Assembly (NCBI GenBank): GCA_965223585.1
Contig: CBDCWW010000010.1
Coordinates: 55,165 to 119,164, forward strand
DNA length: 64,000 bases
Direction of reading: 5' to 3'
From: Trueperaceae bacterium
GTDB taxonomy: Bacteria > Deinococcota > Deinococci > Deinococcales > Trueperaceae
Shown: piece by piece, positions 36,589 through 43,290 of the stretch
Position numbering within the stretch: the first letter of the stretch is position 1
Layout of the letters: the number at the start of each line of letters is the position of its first letter
Notes under the pieces: model-generated
Databases searched by the model: none
Seen by the model: only the letters and a program-made list of their open reading frames with translations
What the model was told of the DNA's origin: nothing
Position numbers and translations under genes: made by a program

Positions 36589-37200
36589 CATAAAACCACC
36601 ACCAGAGGTGGTGGCTTGTTTTGTTAACCCCTAGAAGGGGTATCGGACGCTAGTGCCCGATACTACTCAAATAGGCTCCTCTGTTGTGCCTCTAATGCTC
36701 TTTCCTTCTGCTCTTGCCAACGTATATACTTCCTTATCTTTTGTTCATCTAACCCTACTGTGCTTACACAATATCCTCTACTCCATAAGCTCTTTTGCGG
36801 ATATCCTCTTAACTTCCTTCCATACATCTTTAGCATGTTTATTGCTGACTTTCCCTTGATAAAGCCCATTATCCCTGACACGGAATATTTTGGTGGGATT
36901 GATACCAACATGTGTACATGATCCTTTCTTATGTTCAGTTCTAACACCTCTACTCTATCTTTTTCTCTACACAACTTGTATATTATCTGCTTCAAGGATT
37001 CCTCTACTCCATCCTTCAGCACTCTAAAACGATACTTTGGACAAAAAACTACGTGATACTCACAACTGTAAATTGAGTGTGACAACTTTTTGTATCTGCT
37101 ATTCTTGGGCATGTATTTCCCTTTCTTTAACCTTCTAGGGAAATACATCATTGCTTAACTAGTAGAACTTTTTACTAGACCACTACCAGAGGTAGTGGTT
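36589..37200 (-). mobile_element. IS200/IS605-family insertion sequence, copy 1
   Basis: tnpA is flanked by terminal hairpins ACCACCACC-AGA-GGTGGTGG (~36595-36616) and ACCACTACC-AGA-GGTAGTGGT (~37179-37199), plus subterminal CCCTAGAAGG / CCTTCTAGGG inverted repeats. Boundaries are approximate. Confidence 0.75.
36663..37112 (-). CDS. tnpA: IS200/IS605-family Y1 (HUH) transposase TnpA
   Basis: YHVVFCPKYR, HUH motif DHVHMLVSIPPKYS, and LWSRGYCVSTVG. Start taken at the ATG at 37112. Confidence 0.85.
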   Translation of the reverse strand: MPKNSRYKKLSHSIYSCEYHVVFCPKYRFRVLKDGVEESLKQIIYKLCREKDRVEVLELNIRKDHVHMLVSIPPKYSVSGIMGFIKGKSAINMLKMYGRKLRGYPQKSLWSRGYCVSTVGLDEQKIRKYIRWQEQKERALEAQQRSLFE

Positions 37201-37615
37201 TCCACCAATGATAATGAAGCAGCTATCAGTCCAGATAATTGGATAATTGACCAATCATTGCTTGATCGTCCGGGCAATAAGGAGATCCAATTGGAGCTGT
37301 TCTATTCATATAAAACAAACCTTCCTCTTTACCCTGAATGGCAGGAATATTTCCGCACACACCAGCCCCCTGCATTACTAGTTTGGGGAAAGAATGACTA
37401 CATCTTTCCTGAGGAAGGTGCGCACCCTTATAAGCAGGATCTAAAAAATCTGGATTTCCACATTTTGGATACAGGGCACTTTGCTTTGGAAGAAGATGGC
37501 TATGTGATTGCTGATCTCATTCGGCGTTTTATGCAAAACAATGTAAATGAATAAATTTAGTTGTGTCCTACTGTTACAGTGCAAAGTTTAACGAAACTAA
37601 ATTGCAGGAAAGAAA

Positions 37616-37637
37616 ATCCCCCTTTTTAAGGGGGACT
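37616..37637. terminator. CCCCCTT-TTT-AAGGGGG stem-loop between convergent genes
   Basis: 7-bp GC-rich stem between the 37554 (+) end and the 37776 (-) end. There is no clean T-run, so this is only a tentative terminator. Confidence 0.35.
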
Positions 37638-37719
37638 TTCTGTTTCCCTCTTTAATAAGGGGTGCTAGGGGGAGATTAAGCTAAAGATTTAGTGACATCG
37701 AGGTAAACCCAAAAGTTAC

Positions 37720-37743
37720 CCCAACTTCTCTATAAAAGTTGGG
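37720..37743. repeat. CCCAACTT...AAGTTGGG hairpin (REP-like); relative at 40324-40347 in opposite orientation
   Basis: TTACCCCAACTTCTCTATAAAAGTTGGGATT here versus the reverse complement of AATCCCAACTTTTGTGTAAAAGTTGGGCAA. Confidence 0.45.
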
Positions 37744-37775
37744 ATTGGAATATTTATGAGGTAACCCATAATCCT

Positions 37776-39389
37776 TTATCTTTTAGCTGCCAAGGCCATA
37801 CCAAAAGAATCACCATGTTCAACTGTACCTTTAATGCCACTGCTATTCTGATGCCAGAAATCATCTGCTACACTGGTTAACCCAGAATTTGATCCATAAA
37901 TTACATTGACTGCACCCTCACCGAATGACGACCCTTCATCATTAATGATTTCATTTGGCACTCCTATAGCTAGATCATCTTTCTTATCGCCATTAAAATC
38001 GCCAGCGGCTAACGAATCACCAAATTGATCACCGGATTCAGCTGAACCTCTAATCCCTGGAGAGTTCTGGTGCCACAGTTGATTATCACTTGCTGTAATG
38101 CCTGTAGAGGATCCATAAAGAACATTTACCGCACCAGCGGCGTCCACCGACCCAACATCTTCACGTGGTGCCCCCACAGCAAGATCACAAGCACCATCAC
38201 CATTAAAATCTCCGGAGGTAAGTGTTCTACCAAATCGGTCATCCGATTCAACAGTGCCCGCAATACCAACGCTATCTTGATGCCAAAGGCTATTACCAGC
38301 AGAAGTAACTCCACTATTAGAACCGTACAGAACATGGACTACTCCAGCATTGCTAACAGCACCTATATCTTCAAGGTGAGCACCTATAGCTAAGTCGTCT
38401 TTGCCATCATAGTTGTAATCACAAGCAGTTAATGCCCAACCGAAGTGGTCACCTTTTTCTGTAGCATCTAAGATTCCACCAAATCCCTGCCGAAACCTAT
38501 CAGAATTGGTAAGGCTAAGGCCATTTGTGTCACCATAGAGAACATCAACTATTCCTGAGTTACTCTGGTCATCAACCTCTTCCTCAGGAGTACCTATTGC
38601 CAAATCATCTTTCCCATCACCATTAAAATCTCCAGAGGTAAGTGTGCTACCAAACAGATCCAATTTTTCTATATCGGAACGAGTTGAAATCATACCTTGA
38701 TGAAAAAAGAGGTCTGCTATCCTCATATTGAGACCCTTATTTGAACCGTAGAAAACATGGACAGCGCCAGCGTTTGTAGTTCTTCCTATATTCTCATCAG
38801 GAACCCCTACAGCCAAGTCATCCTTACCATCATTGTTAAAATCCCCCACGGCTAGTGAGTGTCCGAAGCTGTCACCAAGTTCTGATCCCGATGGATCACC
38901 CGTCCCTTTGTCCTGAGTCAAAAAGTAATCAGCTCGCTTGCCTAAGCCACTATTGTAGCCATAAATAATGTGAACAGCCCCAGCCCATGCTAGGGTGCCG
39001 ACCTCCTCATTAGGAACCCCTATAGCTAAATCGTCTTTGCCGTTGCCATCAAAGTCTCCAATAGCTAGTGACCAACCAAAACGGTCAAGAACCTCAGCAC
39101 TATCTACTATGCCAGCACTATCTTGGTGCCATATTTGATCATTAGCAGAAGTCAAACCTGTGTAAGAGCCATAAATTACATTGACTGCACCAGCATCTCT
39201 TAATTCCCCAACGTCTTCATACGGTACCCCTATAGCTAGGTCATCTTTAGCATCTCTGTTAAAGTCTTGGAAACCTATTAAGGTTTCTTCTGGGTTAACT
39301 GTTGGAGTACTTGTGTTTTTCTGACAAGCACTAAGCAAAAGTCCTAAAAATATAAGGAGAATTATACGGCATTTGTATTGTAGTTTCAC
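37776..39389 (-). CDS. FG-GAP repeat lipoprotein (integrin-alpha-like propeller, about 8 repeats)
   Basis: The GTG at 39389 is preceded by AAGGAG at 7 nt. Lipobox LLLSAC. Repeats of D(R/Q/S)FG.SL..GDFNGDGKDDLAIG.P.E.....AGAV.V.YGS..GL. Confidence 0.8.
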   Translation of the reverse strand: MKLQYKCRIILLIFLGLLLSACQKNTSTPTVNPEETLIGFQDFNRDAKDDLAIGVPYEDVGELRDAGAVNVIYGSYTGLTSANDQIWHQDSAGIVDSAEVLDRFGWSLAIGDFDGNGKDDLAIGVPNEEVGTLAWAGAVHIIYGYNSGLGKRADYFLTQDKGTGDPSGSELGDSFGHSLAVGDFNNDGKDDLAVGVPDENIGRTTNAGAVHVFYGSNKGLNMRIADLFFHQGMISTRSDIEKLDLFGSTLTSGDFNGDGKDDLAIGTPEEEVDDQSNSGIVDVLYGDTNGLSLTNSDRFRQGFGGILDATEKGDHFGWALTACDYNYDGKDDLAIGAHLEDIGAVSNAGVVHVLYGSNSGVTSAGNSLWHQDSVGIAGTVESDDRFGRTLTSGDFNGDGACDLAVGAPREDVGSVDAAGAVNVLYGSSTGITASDNQLWHQNSPGIRGSAESGDQFGDSLAAGDFNGDKKDDLAIGVPNEIINDEGSSFGEGAVNVIYGSNSGLTSVADDFWHQNSSGIKGTVEHGDSFGMALAAKR

Positions 39390-39440
39390 GTTTCTACTCC
39401 TTGTAAATTGGAAGATCAAACAAAATAAAATGCTTAGTCA

Positions 39441-40072
39441 AGATACCACCACCTGAGGTGGTGGCTTATTTTATTGCCCCTAGAAGGTGGCATGTTACAT
39501 CTACCTTAACCCTCCTTTCCCTAACCTACATTTATTCCTCTTCCTGTTCCTTCTCTTTCTCCTTTTTCTCTTGCCATTTCACATACTTCCTTATCTTTTC
39601 TTCATCCAATCCTACTGTACTTATGCAATACCCTCTACTCCACAAATGCCTTCCCCAATACCGCTTCCCTAACTGTTCGTATCTCTCAAACATTCTTAAC
39701 GCTAACTTCCCTTTCAAGTATCCCATTATGTCTGACAAGCTATACTTTGGCGCTACAGACATCACCAGATGAACATGATCCTCCTGTACATTTAATTCCA
39801 TTACTTCTACTCCGTCCTTGTATCCTAGCAACTGATAAACAGCATTATTTACGTAATCTCCTATCTCTCCTTTCAATATCTTATATCTATACTTTGGACA
39901 AAACACCACGTGATACTTACATTCGTATATAGAATGTGACAACTTCTTAAATCTTTTATTATTATTCATGTGTACCTCCAGAATTTCACCTTCTAGGGAG
40001 GTACATTTTTACCCAACTTTACTACTCGACTGGTAAAACCCCTAATTGCACCACTACCATAGGTAGTGGTTT
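39441..40072 (-). mobile_element. IS200/IS605-family insertion sequence, copy 2
   Basis: Same end architecture as copy 1: hairpins at ~39445-39465 and ~40050-40070, with CCCTAGAAGG / CCTTCTAGGG. Its TnpA is only moderately similar to copy 1's. Confidence 0.75.
39532..39969 (-). CDS. tnpA: IS200/IS605-family Y1 (HUH) transposase TnpA
   Basis: YHVVFCPKYR, DHVHLVMSVAPKYS, LWSRGYCISTVG. GGAGG SD present. Confidence 0.85.
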   Translation of the reverse strand: MNNNKRFKKLSHSIYECKYHVVFCPKYRYKILKGEIGDYVNNAVYQLLGYKDGVEVMELNVQEDHVHLVMSVAPKYSLSDIMGYLKGKLALRMFERYEQLGKRYWGRHLWSRGYCISTVGLDEEKIRKYVKWQEKKEKEKEQEEE

Positions 40073-40191
40073 AGCAGAAGCTAATAAATTTGGTGAGCAA
40101 AGCGTTTGCTACTCAAAACCATTCTAGATGACTGCTTTTGCTAAATAATCAGTAAAATTCTGACAAGCTATGTAGGATTTTTTCTGACATA
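40073..40191 (-). promoter_or_regulatory. Dispersed upstream cassette, copy 2 (minus orientation), cut off from its gene by IS200 copy 2
   Basis: The reverse complement reads TATGTCAGAAAAAATCCTACATAGCTTGTCAGAATTTTACTGATT...CATCTAGAATGG..., running straight into the IS end at 40072. Confidence 0.6.
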
Positions 40192-40323
40192 AGAGTGTCG
40201 CCTCACCTCATAAATTGACATCCCTGAAAGGTATTAAGAAAACAGCCTAGGTATGCAGTAAACAGACTTCTTAACACTATTGGCAAAGGTGTTAGATTTG
40301 AGTTTTACAGATAGAGCTCTAAT

Positions 40324-40347
40324 CCCAACTTTTGTGTAAAAGTTGGG
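40324..40347. repeat. CCCAACTTTT-GTGT-AAAAGTTGGG hairpin (REP-like)
   Basis: 10-bp perfect stem. See 37720-37743. Confidence 0.45.
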
Positions 40348-40516
40348 CAAATCCACAATCTCCAAAAATCTAGGTTGAGATAGGATTAGAGGGATGTTTT
40401 GAATCTAATAGAAAAGCATCTGAAAATTTGTTTCCCCAACTATTGCTTTATATGACCAGAAAAGTTAGGATTCAAACTGTTTAGAAAGTTGAGGTGGTGA
40501 CAACATCACGCACAGG

Positions 40517-40780
40517 TTAGTGCTCTTGTAAGGATTGCTTGAAACTCTCAAAAGAGCTGTGTCGTACTAAATCACGACCTTCTTCGATGTCCTTAATCGC
40601 TTGCCGTGTTTCAGCGTTAGGAATGCGTAAATCAAAAGGAATACCTTGGTTTAGTTCAACCTGATGGTAAAACATACGCACAGCCTCACTAGGCTTAATA
40701 CCCAGTTTGGCAAAGACGGCCTCTGCTGCAATCTTGGTTTTTGGATTAATTCGTACTTGTATCTGGTCTGTTTTATTCAT
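40517..40780 (-). CDS. RelB/DinJ-family type II antitoxin (no adjacent toxin ORF found)
   Basis: 87 aa with QVRINPKTKIAAEAVFAKLGIKPSEAVRMFYHQV..GIPF, the DinJ/RelB ribbon-helix-helix signature. Confidence 0.7.
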   Translation of the reverse strand: MNKTDQIQVRINPKTKIAAEAVFAKLGIKPSEAVRMFYHQVELNQGIPFDLRIPNAETRQAIKDIEEGRDLVRHSSFESFKQSLQEH

Positions 40781-41031
40781 ACTTGCCTCTTGCTTTAGTG
40801 TAATGCAAACACATTACATTTACAACAGAAATCAGGAAAATCACCCTAAGGCTTACTCTAATTGTCAGGGTTTTTTCCTAACATAAATTCCAGTAAGCCT
40901 TTCTAATAGGAAACTAATGGAGAGACCTAAAAGATTTTAAATATTTTCTATGGTGGGCAGAACTATGATACCATTATGGGTGGTAGTTGAGGCAGGGATA
41001 GCCTTACCAAATTAACATTAGGAGTAAAGTC

Positions 41032-41655
41032 ATGACAGAAATACAACCAGAGAAATGTGCAGTAATTGTAGTGGATATGGCTCGAGATTTTATTGAACCG
41101 GGTGGATTCATTGCTGACGCTGGAGGTGCAGACTACCAAGCCAAGGCAAAGGCAATAATTGGGCCTTTAGCACAACTGCTCGATGCGGCTCGAGAGGTTG
41201 GTGTCACGGTGGTTTATTCGACAGATCGACACACACCTGAGGATTCTGAACTCAAAAAATGGCCGCCACATTCAATGGAAGGAACCAAATGGTCTGAAAT
41301 CGTAACTGAGCTAAAGCCCCAGCCGGGTGACCTTGATTTATCAAAGACGACATACAGCGGTTTCCAAAGCTCGGACATAGATGCACAGCTTAGAGCGCGT
41401 GGAATTGAATCCCTTTATATAACTGGGCTTCATACCGACTGTTGTTGCCGGCACACGTCGGGAGATGCCTTTCAAAAAGGTTTTGATTTGGTGTGGGTTA
41501 CAGACGCTCTTCAGGCGTTTACAGACGAAGCGCATGAGAGCGGTTTAGACTACTACAAAGCATGGTACGCAACTGAGCCTGAGCGGCAATTCAAAACGGC
41601 TAACGAGGTTATAAAAAGTTGGTCTAAGGCCACAGCTGCTGTCGCTGCGGCATAG
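41032..41655 (+). CDS. Isochorismatase-family cysteine hydrolase (nicotinamidase-like)
   Basis: VVDMARDF (catalytic Asp), K in the KKWPPHS region, and TGLHTDCCCRHT (catalytic Cys). Confidence 0.75.
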   Translation: MTEIQPEKCAVIVVDMARDFIEPGGFIADAGGADYQAKAKAIIGPLAQLLDAAREVGVTVVYSTDRHTPEDSELKKWPPHSMEGTKWSEIVTELKPQPGDLDLSKTTYSGFQSSDIDAQLRARGIESLYITGLHTDCCCRHTSGDAFQKGFDLVWVTDALQAFTDEAHESGLDYYKAWYATEPERQFKTANEVIKSWSKATAAVAAA

Positions 41656-41727
41656 CATAGCTTCGCTTCATACAGGGGGGCAATTGAGTATAGAATTAGC
41701 TTCAGCAAGGCGCAAATAATATTACAG

Positions 41728-41858
41728 TATGTCAGAAAAAGTCCTACATAATGTGTCAGAGTTTTACCGATTAGTCAGGAAGAAGTAATAATCTAGAATA
41801 GAATAGTTCTAGGTAGCAAATGCTTTTAAGCAACTACTCTTTCAAAAGGAGTAAATCC
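41728..41858 (+). promoter_or_regulatory. Dispersed upstream cassette, copy 3
   Basis: TATGTCAGAAAAAGTCCTACATAATGTGTCAGAGTTTTACCGATTAGT..CTAGAATAGAATAGTTCTAGGTAGC..TTTTAAGCAACTACTCTTTCAAAAGGAG, then the GTG at 41859. Confidence 0.7.
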
Positions 41859-42248
41859 GTGAATAAGTTAAGTGGTAAAACTAAACAATTTCTTAAAGAC
41901 TCTCTGGGCTGGGGTTTTATTCTCTGGCTCATCGGCTACGGTCTTGGCATTATTCTTTTCCCAATTGTGCCAATTCCCTTAATTGGCTGGATCATTATGC
42001 CGGTTGGAGTAGCTATAACGCTTTGGGTATTATTTAAGAAAGTAAAAGGAGATTCGTTTCAGTATTTTGCTCTGCTCGCAGTAGTTTGGGTGCTAATAGC
42101 TATTGTTTTTGATTATTTTTTCCTTGTTAAGGCTTTCCAACCAGAAGATGGATACTACAAGCTGGATGTATATCTATATTATGCTTTGACTTTTGTTCTC
42201 CCTCTTGTGGTCGGTTGGTACAAAAAAAGATCTGCAAATGCATCTTAG
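41859..42248 (+). CDS. Hypothetical 4-TM membrane protein
   Basis: The GTG start lies 7 nt after AAAGGAG. The ORF-track ATG at 41820 lies inside the cassette. Confidence 0.5.
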   Translation: MNKLSGKTKQFLKDSLGWGFILWLIGYGLGIILFPIVPIPLIGWIIMPVGVAITLWVLFKKVKGDSFQYFALLAVVWVLIAIVFDYFFLVKAFQPEDGYYKLDVYLYYALTFVLPLVVGWYKKRSANAS

Positions 42249-42380
42249 GATAAATAGGTCTTCTAAAAAGGCCTTAACGTACTAGCGCTGTATAGGGCAT
42301 AAACTATTTAATGCTCGAGTTCAATACAAAAGGAGATCAAAATACAAGAACTATCACTACTTTCACAAATCAGCCTATAC

Positions 42381-42782
42381 GTGCTACTAACACTGATGGG
42401 TCTACTTACCCTAATCATTTGGGGTTGGCAAATAATGGTACTTCAGGGTAAAGCAATAAAGAATGCCGATGGATCAACAGACGATTGGCACGAGCAGAAG
42501 ATCTTTTACGGTATGGCTTTTGCTGACATATTTCTGGCCTGCCCTGCCTGCATTGCAGCTATTGTTCTTATATTTATAAGCCCCCGTTGGGGCTACTACC
42601 TGCTGATTTGGATCAGTTTTTGGTTTGTTTGGGCAAATATTATGACAACGGCAACCAGCCTACGGTTTGAGAAACCTAAATTCACTCTGATGTGGTTTAT
42701 ATCATTCCCTTTTGGTGCACTTGTCGGATTAGCAACAGTTGTGTGGACAGTAGTCCACTTTGACACCATTTACCTTCCGTGA
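42381..42782 (+). CDS. Hypothetical membrane protein
   Basis: 133-aa hydrophobic ORF from a GTG. A strong AAGGAG at 42329-35 has only ATC/ATA in-frame codons nearby, so the true start is uncertain. Confidence 0.4.
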   Translation: MLLTLMGLLTLIIWGWQIMVLQGKAIKNADGSTDDWHEQKIFYGMAFADIFLACPACIAAIVLIFISPRWGYYLLIWISFWFVWANIMTTATSLRFEKPKFTLMWFISFPFGALVGLATVVWTVVHFDTIYLP

Positions 42783-42804
42783 ATACCTATCAGGAGGAGC
42801 AAGT

Positions 42805-43239
42805 GTGAATATTGTCTGGGGTGTAGTTCTAATTATTTTTACCCTGATTGTGTGCTGGCTGGGGCAAATTATCACTACCATAGCACCAACACTGGCTAGA
42901 CGCTTAGGGATCACCGAGTCTGAAGCTGATGTAGATCCAGCATTTTTTGCAGATGGTCGTGGCGAGGCCATTTGGGATGCGCTAATACTCTGGACACTTC
43001 CAGTTGCAGGCGTATTGCTTATTTTTAAAAACCCGTGGTGGGCCTACTTTGGACTGGTTGGTGGCGGTATGTACCTATACTTTGCTGGGCGCGGCATAGC
43101 TCAACGTCTGGTCATGCAACGTCGTGGCATTCGGATTGGCAAACCATCACTACTGAAGGTGTACTATGTAGTGCTTGTGCTTTGGGGCCTGATTGCTTTG
43201 GTTACAATTGTGATGGCGGTGGTGGCATTACCTTTATGA
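42805..43239 (+). CDS. Hypothetical membrane protein
   Basis: The GTG at 42805 lies 7 nt after AGGAGG. 4 TM segments. Confidence 0.45.
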   Translation: MNIVWGVVLIIFTLIVCWLGQIITTIAPTLARRLGITESEADVDPAFFADGRGEAIWDALILWTLPVAGVLLIFKNPWWAYFGLVGGGMYLYFAGRGIAQRLVMQRRGIRIGKPSLLKVYYVVLVLWGLIALVTIVMAVVALPL

Positions 43240-43290
43240 TTGACCATGATTATTGGACATTAGCAAAAATTATTGTGGTAGGAGCTTAAT

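Larger units (their letters stand above)
35941..37554 (+). pseudogene. Alpha/beta hydrolase (epoxide hydrolase/haloalkane dehalogenase-like) split by an IS200 insertion
   Basis: The N-fragment ([22 protein letters not shown]) ends at ~36588 and the C-fragment ([20 protein letters not shown]) resumes at ~37201. The two frames are in register, separated by 612 nt (3n). Confidence 0.75.

Noticed and set aside
39458-39932. Plus-strand ORFs 39458..39772, 39487..39672, 39747..39932 and 36653..36859
   Set aside because: They are antisense to the IS200 tnpA genes, low-complexity (Leu/Phe/Ser-rich), and have no SD.
40200-40516. RelE/YafQ-type toxin downstream of the RelB-like antitoxin
   Set aside because: All three minus-strand frames contain only ORFs shorter than ~20 codons. 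No toxin call can be supported.
41800-41835. Sigma54-type or canonical sigma70 promoter inside the dispersed cassette (CTAGGTAGCAAATGCTT; TTTAC(T/C)-17-TAATNN; TAGAAT)
   Set aside because: The GG..GC spacing is 10 rather than 12 and is absent in other copies. The -10-like hexamers are not conserved between copies. No assignment is secure, so the promoter type is left open.
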